Source of the DNA: a virus
IMG/VR virus record: IMGVR_UViG_3300027712_001108
Location: 1-64,000 of that record
Length of the DNA stretch: 64,000 nucleotides
Strand: one strand, 5' to 3'
This document shows, piece by piece, positions 28,464-38,502 of this stretch. Every line of letters starts with the position of its first letter. Position 1 is the stretch's first letter. Position numbers and translations under genes: made by a program. The notes beneath the pieces are model-generated. The model saw only the letters and a list, made by a program, of their open reading frames with translations. It was not told the origin of the DNA and searched no databases.

Positions 28464-29195
28464 TTATTCTCCATGTAGATGTTTGTGAATCGCCAGTTCA
28501 ACAGGACTCGGTTCTGTCTTACTGGATAGTGTGAGTAATGCATCTGTATAAGGCTGCTGTAACAGTTGCATCTGTTGTAGTGTAGATGTAAACAACTGGC
28601 TGTCAATCATTGCCCATCCAAGATGCGCTGCAATTTTTGTATATAGCACAGTGGGATCTGCTGTTAATATTTCTGTCATGCCCAAGCGCATAAAGCGTGT
28701 ATCTTCGATTGTGCGCACGGTTGTGTTAGCCATGTCAAATTGCAAACGATCATATAGTTGAGAGTCGTTGCTGATCTCCATCATACCGTACCAACGGTCT
28801 TTGTCCATTTGACGTTCATTGCGCAAGTATCTAACATAGTGTTCGCTGTCATCCACACATTCTATCAGTATCGCACGATCTGTGGGTCTCATCCATTCTA
28901 CGGTCTTTGCCACCGCAACATTGATATCTTCGCCTACACCTGCGGGCCAACCTGCATATATTGAATAGCCCCATGGGTTATCGTGGTCGCGAGAATCCGC
29001 CAATGCTTGCATAAAATCTGTGTTGCGTTTGATTTTACAAAAGCTGGCATATGCATGACTGGACCCATTGGGTTTCAATGGATTGTCAAGTATTGCAGGT
29101 TCGTGCTTGCTGCGTTCTAGAGAAAATCTGTCAACCATCCAACTGACAAAGCTGCCAAATGATCCGGGCTGATACAGTATGCAAACAGTGGTCAC
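28464..29195 (-). CDS. Sulfotransferase-like hypothetical protein
   Basis: GTG start in a GTGA overlap; ILYQPGSFGSFVSW, GSSH. Confidence 0.5.
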   Translation of the reverse strand: MTTVCILYQPGSFGSFVSWMVDRFSLERSKHEPAILDNPLKPNGSSHAYASFCKIKRNTDFMQALADSRDHDNPWGYSIYAGWPAGVGEDINVAVAKTVEWMRPTDRAILIECVDDSEHYVRYLRNERQMDKDRWYGMMEISNDSQLYDRLQFDMANTTVRTIEDTRFMRLGMTEILTADPTVLYTKIAAHLGWAMIDSQLFTSTLQQMQLLQQPYTDALLTLSSKTEPSPVELAIHKHLHGE

Positions 29196-29938
29196 AGCTT
29201 GACCACTCGCATTGGCAGATGCACAGCAGCCTGTGCTGCTGCTACAATCTCTAAAGTCCTTGCAGTTTGTTTGCCAGTGATTTGGAGTAGTGGACGAGAT
29301 TTCCAACCTGCATTGACAGTGGCATGCGGCATGTCCTGCCATTCCCATGTAATACAAGTGCCTGCGGTCCATTGATGGTATAGGGCATTGCCAAACATCC
29401 ACGCTTGGCCCATTTCCCAATCGGCTAGCATTACTGCGAATCTGCGCATGATAGCAGGATTTTTATCCATGTCAGTTACTTTGAAACTGTTCTCACGCTC
29501 AGGTCGTGCTGCAAAATTGTCAATGTGAAAATGCAGCATTTGACCAGTGGTTTGATTATGAAATTTAATCATGGGATCTTCTAGTCCAAGATAATCTGCA
29601 ATTTGGTGAAATACTGCAATATCTTCTGCGGCAGTTCTTGAAAACACTTCTGCATGCGGACTTGCGCCCGCATTGATAAGGTCTTGTTCTTCTGCGTTGG
29701 CAGTGTACAATCCTTGTTCTGCAATGGTTTTATTGAAATTGTTTCTTGTGCCCCAGGTGCTGACCTGTGTGCGTGGCATACATTCTGATATGGCATCTGT
29801 AAAATCTGTATCGAAAATGCAAACAGGGGTGTAACTGTCTTTGCCCAACTGTGGTGCACGAGTGTTATCAAAATGCCAACTGCTCTTAGATGTGGTATAT
29901 TCCCATCTACTACCGTTCCAATCTTCGTATTCTGACAT
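29192..29938 (-). CDS. 2OG-Fe(II) oxygenase / cupin-like protein
   Basis: HFHID (HxD), distal PHATVN, RPLLQITG. Confidence 0.7.
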   Translation of the reverse strand: MSEYEDWNGSRWEYTTSKSSWHFDNTRAPQLGKDSYTPVCIFDTDFTDAISECMPRTQVSTWGTRNNFNKTIAEQGLYTANAEEQDLINAGASPHAEVFSRTAAEDIAVFHQIADYLGLEDPMIKFHNQTTGQMLHFHIDNFAARPERENSFKVTDMDKNPAIMRRFAVMLADWEMGQAWMFGNALYHQWTAGTCITWEWQDMPHATVNAGWKSRPLLQITGKQTARTLEIVAAAQAAVHLPMRVVKL

Positions 29939-30067
29939 TTTTATACCCATTCTTTCAAATATATTACAGTATATATCATTTTTATTGGTTCTATAAAAAA
30001 AATGTGTAAAATTTAGAATAAATTATACGATGCGTATTTTACAATCTGCCATACATGGAAAATTGCA

Positions 30068-30802
30068 ATGAATAAACGAATACTGACATATCTGCTAGAA
30101 AATCTAGCTGACAGTTTTAAATTGGAAAGATGGTCTGATATTAGAGCAGCGTTAAATGCCAATACAATCATTGATCAGTTGCCATGGACACCCAAGCGAC
30201 TAGAAAAATTTGTAGAAGATATAGATAACACATTTGATGTTGTCATAGAACCAGTGGGTACTGTTGCTGTATTGGCAGACAAGATTGATTATGCATATGC
30301 CAGTAAGTTTTGGGGTGGCGGCATATGGAAACCTAAAACAGATGGATACCAATACACAGGTTGGGGCATTGTTGAGGAGATCAACAAACGTAATCCGCGA
30401 GCAGTGTTGGATGTGGGATGTGGTTACAATCAATTCAAGCCCCGCATACCCAACCTTGTTGGCATTGACAAGTTCAACAACAGTGCAGACTTTATGGTAG
30501 ACATACTAGAGTACAATGTGGAACCAGAAACCTATGATGCAGTCATTGTATTTGGCAGTATTAATTTTGGTGATTACAGCGAAGTATCTGCCAAATTCAA
30601 AAAAGTATTTGAACTTACTGCACCCGGTGGTAGAATTTATGTAAGAGCTAACCCGGGCGAAATTCATAAAAATGGACCATGGATTGAAATATTTCCGTGG
30701 ACATTCGAAGCTGCTCATAAAATTGCAAAAGAGCACGATGTTGAATTAGTTACATTTAAACAAGACAACAGTAATAGATTGTTCTTTATGTACGAAAAAT
30801 AA
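30068..30802 (+). CDS. Class I SAM methyltransferase with an N-terminal carrier-protein-like domain
   Basis: VLDVGCG, GID, YDAVIVFGSINF, TAPGGRIY. Confidence 0.8.
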   Translation: MNKRILTYLLENLADSFKLERWSDIRAALNANTIIDQLPWTPKRLEKFVEDIDNTFDVVIEPVGTVAVLADKIDYAYASKFWGGGIWKPKTDGYQYTGWGIVEEINKRNPRAVLDVGCGYNQFKPRIPNLVGIDKFNNSADFMVDILEYNVEPETYDAVIVFGSINFGDYSEVSAKFKKVFELTAPGGRIYVRANPGEIHKNGPWIEIFPWTFEAAHKIAKEHDVELVTFKQDNSNRLFFMYEK

Positions 30803-30814
30803 TGAACCGATATT

Positions 30815-31891
30815 TTATTGGTTCATTTTACCTATAGTATTAATTATGTTGTATTTGTTGTTACACTTACCGCACAATTCATAACAACATACATTAGGTG
30901 AACTTGTTAAACTATTCATAAGATTTGATTTGTAAAAATCATGTTCTAAAATTTCAGCTAATGTATGTTGATTTATATCATTCCATCCTGTGTTAATATC
31001 AGGTGTATATAATATATTTGCACTAAGGTATTCGGGTGATGGGCTATACTGTAGCCCACCATACCAACAACATGGCCAGATGTGACCGTTCCAGTCAATG
31101 TGTATACTGCGTTCATTCTTTGTATAGCAATCTATACTGTCTATTTTTGCCAGTCTATCTATTATTGTATTTCTTGACGTTACAGGATCTAACGTTTGAT
31201 AATCTAATTTTGTAATAACTGTATCTCGCCAATGTGCTACATTATCCCACTCTGTTTTGTGATTATTGTATGCATTCCAAAACTTGTCGCTGCTACGTAA
31301 ATCATTGTTGGGCGTAACTATAAAACTTTTAAACCCAACCATATTACTAATTGCTCTAGCTGCTTCTATCTGATGTTTGTTCCATGAAAATTCTATAAAT
31401 TTCCATTCGGCATTTGCACCAGCTTTAATTACAGTGTTAACATTTTCCCAAACTTTATTCCATTTTACAAATCTTCTATAGATATGATTGGTATCTGACA
31501 ACCCATCTATACTACATTGTATTAACACATTGTTTGGTCTAATAGTTGCAACTTTTTTCCAAAAGTCAATACTGTTAATACCCATATTACTTACAACAAT
31601 AATTTTTGCGTCGGGGTTTACAGATGCTGCATAGTCTATAAAATCAGGCAATTCTTTTGTTGCACCCGCGTCGCCGTAATTACCACAAAATGTTATTTGT
31701 TTCAGACGGTTACCAAGTTCGTTGATTATTTTTTTCCAAACATCAAAACTCATATGTTTGTTAAATGGTACAGTTTGATTTTTAAACAAATTGTCAATTT
31801 GTCTAGCACAGCCGGGGCATGCTGCATTACAGCTTGAATTGATATCTACATTTAACATTTCAATATCATTAACAGTTAAGTATCTATTCAT
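30815..31891 (-). CDS. Radical SAM protein with C-terminal SPASM/twitch domain
   Basis: CNAACPGC, SIDG, IDWNGHIWPCC. Confidence 0.9.
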   Translation of the reverse strand: MNRYLTVNDIEMLNVDINSSCNAACPGCARQIDNLFKNQTVPFNKHMSFDVWKKIINELGNRLKQITFCGNYGDAGATKELPDFIDYAASVNPDAKIIVVSNMGINSIDFWKKVATIRPNNVLIQCSIDGLSDTNHIYRRFVKWNKVWENVNTVIKAGANAEWKFIEFSWNKHQIEAARAISNMVGFKSFIVTPNNDLRSSDKFWNAYNNHKTEWDNVAHWRDTVITKLDYQTLDPVTSRNTIIDRLAKIDSIDCYTKNERSIHIDWNGHIWPCCWYGGLQYSPSPEYLSANILYTPDINTGWNDINQHTLAEILEHDFYKSNLMNSLTSSPNVCCYELCGKCNNKYNIINTIGKMNQ

Positions 31892-31894
31892 TGA

Positions 31895-32647
31895 TTAATC
31901 AATACTTGTCCATACTATTATTGCTTTTTTACTTGTTATACCGTGATTTAAATAGTTGTCGCTGCAATGATAACGATATCTATCTGCTGAAAAACAACTG
32001 CCTTTTTTCCATTTATACACACTTTCTACGGTGAGATACTGGAATACTTCGTATCCGGTTAATGGATAAAAATCTCTTTTATAAGTGTCGTCGTCTATTG
32101 AATACAATTCATTTGGTTTAATATCATTCGCACGTATCCAACTCCACGGATCTTTATGCCCACTGCGTTCATTAAATACATAAGTTTGGCTGTCGTAATC
32201 TTCGAACGGAATTATGAGTGTCCACGCAGGATTAGGTGCTATTACCATGTTAGGTTGTTCGGCGTCATTATGTAAACCATATGGAAATCTGCTATCTAAC
32301 ACATGTATATGACTTGCTTTTACACCGCTGCCAAATGTAGCTTCTAGTTTTGGTTGCAGAATATCAACCAATGGTTTCCACTCTGGTTTGTTGTAAAAGT
32401 TATCAAATACATAATAATGTGCAGTAGTATGATTGGTGTCTCCCATAAATTTTAATGCAAGAGGTGCCATACATGTGTCATGTCCATACAAGACTTTATC
32501 AGATGCAGCAGCTTTTTCAAACTCATGTAATTCTGAATCCGACAAAAAATTATCAATTATCTTACTATCAAATATAGAATTTTTATAATAATCTGAATAG
32601 ATATATTTTTCTAAATACTCTTTATCTTCTAATCTTTCAAATGACAT
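31895..32647 (-). CDS. Putative 2OG-Fe(II) oxygenase
   Basis: IIDNFLS, LHND (HxD), LIIP, WKKGS...YHCS. Confidence 0.6.
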   Translation of the reverse strand: MSFERLEDKEYLEKYIYSDYYKNSIFDSKIIDNFLSDSELHEFEKAAASDKVLYGHDTCMAPLALKFMGDTNHTTAHYYVFDNFYNKPEWKPLVDILQPKLEATFGSGVKASHIHVLDSRFPYGLHNDAEQPNMVIAPNPAWTLIIPFEDYDSQTYVFNERSGHKDPWSWIRANDIKPNELYSIDDDTYKRDFYPLTGYEVFQYLTVESVYKWKKGSCFSADRYRYHCSDNYLNHGITSKKAIIVWTSID

Positions 32648-32671
32648 AATTATTCCTTAAATTTTACGTAT

Positions 32672-34765
32672 TTATATTGTTTTATTACCATCAAATTTAT
32701 TTATATTGCACTCTAGATTGAATTCCTCCCAGTCAAAGCTCATGTTTTGTTTAACACATTCTTGATATTTAACTCGGTCGTCACTTCTTGTAGTTTCGTG
32801 TGTAAATTTATGCTTTAGTTTGAAACTTAAATTGCCAATATTATCAACACTGCAATTGAATTCGCTATGGTATGGACTTGCAATAAATCCACCAAATTCT
32901 GGCACATCTAGCTCTGGGTTACTAATCATATTAAAATCAAACGCACCGTATATTTTATAAAATATCCACGGTATTACTAGATATTCATTTGCTATGCTTG
33001 TGCTTAGTTTATTTTTATCAGTATTGAGTTTAGAATATTCATCATAATATGGTGTAAAATAATCAAAGTTTTGATTGGATTCTTGCGGTATATACTCAAC
33101 AGGTTGAATTGTGGTGTTGTAATTAAATTTATAAAAATCGTTTATGTTTTTACGATTCTGACCATTCATTAATGTAGCACCTGCATGATCTTGCATTATT
33201 CTTAGCCATATATTCATAAACTTCAATCTTATAAATCTATGAATAATGGTGTTTTTGTAATCAGCAGTATACCAATTGCTCATAAATGTATTATCCCATG
33301 GAGTGTCAATCCATTGTAAATTATATTTTTTCCAATTGACATTCAAATCACTGAATGCTGCATCTCCGCAAGTCATTCCAGGGCTAATAGCATATATCCA
33401 TTTACGAGTATTATGTAATACATGCAAACTGTGTAACCACTCACTAGGACCTTCGCTTGGAAATCCAACCACCCAATTCACATGACTACTTACTCCTGCG
33501 GCCGCAGCATCTCGCAGATTATTTTCAATTTCCCATACTTTGATATTTTTCTTCATATCATTTAGAACTTTTTCGCTGCCACTTTCTACACCAAAGCTTA
33601 GACTAATGCAACCACTTTTTACAATATCATTGAACATTACGGCGTCCATACGACCGTCGCAGCGTGCATAGCTATTCCATCTGACATCTAACTTACGTGC
33701 GATTATTTCTGCAATCAAATTCTTGAATTCTTTTAAATTACCATTTGCAAGGCTATCAACAAACCAAAATCTGTTAATTCCGTATTTTTTAACTTGATAT
33801 TCCATTTCGTCTGCTACGCGATTGCTTTCACGCCATCTGTATCTCCAAAAATGTGTTTCTGCACAAAATGTACACTTAGCAACACATCCTCTACTGGTTT
33901 CTATACTTACACCGTCGGAGTGTTGGTAGTCATTTAGTGTATAATCATCATAATCAGGAAACGGAAGCGTGTTCAAATCTAAACTGCTTTTTAATCCGCC
34001 TAATACTATCATATCGTCCGATTTTGGCAACACATTGTAATTTTCAAGTAATGTAAGTAATTCTTGTTCGCCTTCGCCTTTTATACAAAAATTAATCAAT
34101 CCGCGTGGAAACTTATGTGTTTCATATATTAAACTTTCGAACCAGGTATTAAAAGCCTCGGGACCGCCAACCATAATGACTTTTTCGGGCGATAATTCTT
34201 TAATACGTCTAATCATATATAAACTTGGCAATAAATTTGTCAAGTAAAGACTAAATCCAATAAAATTACTGTTGTCTGCCAGTATTTTGTGTATATATTC
34301 ATCTAATAGAGATTTGAGGATAGGATGTACTTCTTGATCATATACAGGTTGTTCCCATTTATAATAATTTTTACTTTCCCAATAATCTACTTTATATTCT
34401 TCTATTAGATACTTGTATGCATTTACATTAATGTCATGTACGGTTACATTATAGCCATAATATCGTAATAGTCCCGTTAATCTTGCAATGTTATACGGTG
34501 GAAAAATAACACCCCATGCAGGTGCCATAACCAAGCTAACAGTATCATTATTCAAGAGACTTGCTTTATACTCTGACCAATATGTATAACCTCTCTTATT
34601 TTTTTTACGATTATCAGACCAATAATTTACTAATCTGGGTTTAACAGCTAAATCGCCAAGATGACTATTAGCATGATTAATAGCCTTTCTGTCTTTTTCT
34701 ATGATATGAAGTAAAACTTGATCTCTGTCTTCACTTTGCAATTCGTTGTTGTCAGTTATTGCCAT
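32672..34765 (-). CDS. Cobalamin-binding radical SAM enzyme (class B methyltransferase-like)
   Basis: B12-binding domain (PPYNIARL, IGFSLY, MVGGPE, GEGE, LPFPDY), ETSRGCVAKCTFC, FGVESGS, VGFPSE. Confidence 0.92.
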   Translation of the reverse strand: MAITDNNELQSEDRDQVLLHIIEKDRKAINHANSHLGDLAVKPRLVNYWSDNRKKNKRGYTYWSEYKASLLNNDTVSLVMAPAWGVIFPPYNIARLTGLLRYYGYNVTVHDINVNAYKYLIEEYKVDYWESKNYYKWEQPVYDQEVHPILKSLLDEYIHKILADNSNFIGFSLYLTNLLPSLYMIRRIKELSPEKVIMVGGPEAFNTWFESLIYETHKFPRGLINFCIKGEGEQELLTLLENYNVLPKSDDMIVLGGLKSSLDLNTLPFPDYDDYTLNDYQHSDGVSIETSRGCVAKCTFCAETHFWRYRWRESNRVADEMEYQVKKYGINRFWFVDSLANGNLKEFKNLIAEIIARKLDVRWNSYARCDGRMDAVMFNDIVKSGCISLSFGVESGSEKVLNDMKKNIKVWEIENNLRDAAAAGVSSHVNWVVGFPSEGPSEWLHSLHVLHNTRKWIYAISPGMTCGDAAFSDLNVNWKKYNLQWIDTPWDNTFMSNWYTADYKNTIIHRFIRLKFMNIWLRIMQDHAGATLMNGQNRKNINDFYKFNYNTTIQPVEYIPQESNQNFDYFTPYYDEYSKLNTDKNKLSTSIANEYLVIPWIFYKIYGAFDFNMISNPELDVPEFGGFIASPYHSEFNCSVDNIGNLSFKLKHKFTHETTRSDDRVKYQECVKQNMSFDWEEFNLECNINKFDGNKTI

Positions 34766-35985
34766 TCTGTTACCAATTGTGCCAAAGTTGGATGTACATC
34801 GTTGATACTCTGATTTCGTAGTTTATCATATGCAACGGTTCTAATTGCAAACTTTTTTTGTAACTCTTTAATATTAGATAACGTATTAGTATTGCGTAAT
34901 CTGTGAATAGTAGCGTTTATTCTAAAAGCATCGAGCTGGTCTGGTGTAAAATCAGCTGATGCGAGTTCTATTTTATTAGCTATATTCAACCGCTCTTCTA
35001 ATGGCAATATATCAATTTGCAGATCAGCAGGACTGTCTACAAAGTTAAAAATTAAATTACCGTTTTTACCGTTGTCTTTCCAATAATTTATAATGTTAAC
35101 TAAGTCATATGCATTATACGCTTGCACAGTTGCTAATAAATGAGTCTTAACTGACATACCCAGATACTTTTTGTATGCAGCAGAAAGTTTTGTCCAGTCT
35201 GCGCCATATCTAATGTAGTCATTAGTATATCCGACACCATCTATACTAAATTGAATGTCTACATTTTTAAACTGCTCTAACCATTTTAATACCTTGCCTT
35301 GCATTCTGGTGCCATTTGTAGTGATATCTAAATGCAAATGCGTATTGTTGGTATCTATGCAATATTTTAATAACTTGATAACACCTGTCATAAAGAACGG
35401 TTCACCGCCTGCTAATTTAAGTGTTTTTAAATGTGGTAACCATTCTGTTATTTCACTAAACAGTTTGTCATTTTCAATCCAGTCGTTGACTTCGAACCAA
35501 GTTTCGCCTGTGATATTTTTTAAAAATGGGTTATCTTTATGTTCGTTTGCAATAGTACTGCTGACACCAACAAAACACATCCTGCAACCAAGATTACAGA
35601 ACCTGCCTGGGCGCCAGTCTACCCAATGAGGAGTCTTGTTGCTATTGCCGTATTTTACATCAATATCCCAATCTGCTGCGGCATTAAACCATCCATTATG
35701 TATCATCCTATCGCTACCGCCGCCCGAGTCTTCCTCTAATTGGTAGCACTTATTACATTGTTTAACAGGTTTACCATCCAACATATCTTTACGAATTTGT
35801 TGGTATACATCTCCGGTCCATACCGCATTCATACTGGTTTTAGTAATATCCTCTGACACAGGATATTTCCAGTCTCCGACGCAGCATACATTTGCATGAC
35901 CGTTAGTTGATATGTGCATGTGATTAAATGGTAGTATGCAAAAATACTTGTTGTTTTTAATATGATCTTTCCAACTATCTGTCAT
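34756..35985 (-). CDS. Radical SAM protein with N-terminal twitch domain
   Basis: CILPF...CC, CNKC, CNLGCRMC, GGEP, TTNG, SIDG. Confidence 0.92.
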   Translation of the reverse strand: MTDSWKDHIKNNKYFCILPFNHMHISTNGHANVCCVGDWKYPVSEDITKTSMNAVWTGDVYQQIRKDMLDGKPVKQCNKCYQLEEDSGGGSDRMIHNGWFNAAADWDIDVKYGNSNKTPHWVDWRPGRFCNLGCRMCFVGVSSTIANEHKDNPFLKNITGETWFEVNDWIENDKLFSEITEWLPHLKTLKLAGGEPFFMTGVIKLLKYCIDTNNTHLHLDITTNGTRMQGKVLKWLEQFKNVDIQFSIDGVGYTNDYIRYGADWTKLSAAYKKYLGMSVKTHLLATVQAYNAYDLVNIINYWKDNGKNGNLIFNFVDSPADLQIDILPLEERLNIANKIELASADFTPDQLDAFRINATIHRLRNTNTLSNIKELQKKFAIRTVAYDKLRNQSINDVHPTLAQLVTEWQ

Positions 35986-37646
35986 TTTTGTTTACCTGTT
36001 TTATCTAGTTTGACTTTTTTACTTCTTGCAGAAACATCTAAGTGATATTGAATTATATCGCTTATACCAGACAAACTTTGTCTCCAGTTTTCATTTCTAA
36101 TTTTATCAAGTGCATCTTGTCTGGTAAAATATCCTTTGAACTGTGTGTCATCTGGACTTACTTCATTCATGTGTGTTAGTACACTACGTAAAGTTTTTTC
36201 TGTTTTTGTACACCACGCAATATCATTGTTCCATCTGCGATATATTTCATCTATGAAATTCTCATATAAATTGTCAATCATAACTTTAATACCGACTGGC
36301 AAATTTTGAATATTGTAAAATTTTGGCCAATATAAATTGTGTACTACAACATTAGGATTAATACGGTTAAATTTCTGTTCTTTAATCCACCATATCATAT
36401 CTAATAAATGTACTACATTCATTACACTTAATGTAAGCGTGAAACTAGCAGTTGTGTTTTTTAAACGAGTATCTGTGTCAACTTTTCTAATATTGCGTTC
36501 AACAGTGTCCCATTTTGCAGGATGCCTTATATACTCGAAGTGCTCAAATATGCCATCTATACTCATACCCAAATGTACTTCTTTGAAAACATGCCATTTT
36601 TCAAAAATATTGTTGGGAATTCCTGCCATGTTTGTATTGTATTCAACTGTTACATTAGCAGCAACTTGCTTCTCAATCATAAAATCTAATAATTCTCTGT
36701 GTTTTATGTTAACGGTTGGCTCTCCACCTGTAAAATAAAACCGATCGATTGTGTCAATGTTACGTTGTATTTCCTCAAATAGTGGACTGCTGTCTACCCA
36801 ATCGAATATTTTTGCAACTTTGGGCCTGCCATTTATTACATCTATAGTAATAGGATTGCCGCTCTTAGTAGGGAATGTATTACCGAGTCCTAGTGCGATC
36901 CAGTCGCTATACCACTGATCGCTGTCTGATGGGCCGCATGTTCTACATTTTATGTTGCATTTATTACCAAATCTCAAATCCCAATATTTGATTGGCATCG
37001 TAGTATTGTTTATAGTACCATCTAACGATGTATCATTTATTATAGTTTCAATATTAGAATTGAATATTGCATTATGTTGTTGTCTTTTACTTTCTATACC
37101 ATTTTGTTCTTCATCCCAACACAGTTTACATACATTATGACGTTTACCTTCTAACATTCGCTGCCTAATAATTTTCCAATTTGGTGCATTGCGATTTGCA
37201 CCTATATCGTCTGCCATTGTTAGTAGTTCGCCGTCATCTTTTCGTATCTCACCAAACGGTAATTCAGAATCATCATATATCATTTGACAACACATACGTA
37301 CACTACCATCACTATTAGTAGCAGCATGTACCCAAGGCAATACACAAAAACTATCTTTGAATTTAGGGTCTGTTTGAATAGACCATGATTTTCTTGCTTT
37401 TATTAATTCGTCTCGTGTTCTACCTAATCGTCTCATGACAATTTCAAACACATCATCTGTTGCAACTTTATTAAATATGCATGCCTCTATCACTGCATCG
37501 TCTGTGTCGTACATTGCAATTATTTTTAGATTTTCGACTGGACATTCGGGATCTGTGACCATTTGAATACGTTCTTGCATACTTCTAAAAATACTAGGAT
37601 CCAAATTGAACCTATCCTGTTTATGTTCTACATCATTTGTATTCAT
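35982..37646 (-). CDS. Radical SAM protein with twitch domain and ~95-aa N-terminal extension
   Basis: CVLPW...CC, CKLC, CNIKCRTC, GGEP, SIDG. Confidence 0.92.
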   Translation of the reverse strand: MNTNDVEHKQDRFNLDPSIFRSMQERIQMVTDPECPVENLKIIAMYDTDDAVIEACIFNKVATDDVFEIVMRRLGRTRDELIKARKSWSIQTDPKFKDSFCVLPWVHAATNSDGSVRMCCQMIYDDSELPFGEIRKDDGELLTMADDIGANRNAPNWKIIRQRMLEGKRHNVCKLCWDEEQNGIESKRQQHNAIFNSNIETIINDTSLDGTINNTTMPIKYWDLRFGNKCNIKCRTCGPSDSDQWYSDWIALGLGNTFPTKSGNPITIDVINGRPKVAKIFDWVDSSPLFEEIQRNIDTIDRFYFTGGEPTVNIKHRELLDFMIEKQVAANVTVEYNTNMAGIPNNIFEKWHVFKEVHLGMSIDGIFEHFEYIRHPAKWDTVERNIRKVDTDTRLKNTTASFTLTLSVMNVVHLLDMIWWIKEQKFNRINPNVVVHNLYWPKFYNIQNLPVGIKVMIDNLYENFIDEIYRRWNNDIAWCTKTEKTLRSVLTHMNEVSPDDTQFKGYFTRQDALDKIRNENWRQSLSGISDIIQYHLDVSARSKKVKLDKTGKQK

Positions 37647-38484
37647 TTAAAAACCGTCTTTCCATAATAGAAGTGTTATTTTCTATCCATTTATTAGTAT
37701 TGCGTATGCAGTGTTTAATGTCTAAATTATTAATATATGGCAATATTGTATTCCAAAATTCTGTACTATCTGTTACAAGACAGTCTACTGGTATAGTTTG
37801 GTAATTGTCGTATATCATAGAAAGATATTTAGGTAGCACATTACTTTCGTAAGCAATTGCATCACCTTGTGTGGTTACATAATGATATATGTCGTCATTA
37901 TGCGTAATTGTTACAGGTTGGCGTGATTTGTATTGTGTATTAACAATATGTAACTCGTGTTCCCATATCCACGTATATTTTTCAGCCCAGTTTTTAATAG
38001 TATTAAGTGTATTTGAATCATTTGTGTTGTTTACTGTGCGTTTTATGTACTCAAATGTTACATCTTGTACGTTAACACGGTTTAATAGTTTTGCAAATGT
38101 TAATTTTGCAAAATACGAATACTCTTGCTTAACAACTAAATGTAGCACTTTGAGATTGGGTAAGAATTTCCAATAGTATTTTGCAAAATATAAACTTGGG
38201 TGATCTTTGATAATGTAACTACCATTGCCTATTAATTGTGTATATTGATCTGACATTAATTTACATTGCCATGTTGATGAATTGTCTGGATCGCTCCACA
38301 TAGTTGCATAGTCTATTATACATGTAGTATTGGTTAGGTTTCTTTCTGTATTAGTTTCGCTTAATACTGGATTAATACTATTGCTATTAGCAGCAATGAT
38401 GTTTGTTAAAAACTCGCCGCCTGTACCGCTACTGTACAAAATTAAAATAGGATTGGATTCATTTATATCAGAAATAGTTAACAT
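37633..38484 (-). CDS. Sulfotransferase-like hypothetical protein
   Basis: ILYSSGTGGEFL, IIKDHP. Confidence 0.45.
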   Translation of the reverse strand: MLTISDINESNPILILYSSGTGGEFLTNIIAANSNSINPVLSETNTERNLTNTTCIIDYATMWSDPDNSSTWQCKLMSDQYTQLIGNGSYIIKDHPSLYFAKYYWKFLPNLKVLHLVVKQEYSYFAKLTFAKLLNRVNVQDVTFEYIKRTVNNTNDSNTLNTIKNWAEKYTWIWEHELHIVNTQYKSRQPVTITHNDDIYHYVTTQGDAIAYESNVLPKYLSMIYDNYQTIPVDCLVTDSTEFWNTILPYINNLDIKHCIRNTNKWIENNTSIMERRFLNEYK

Positions 38485-38502
38485 GCAAAATTAATCCTAA
38501 CT

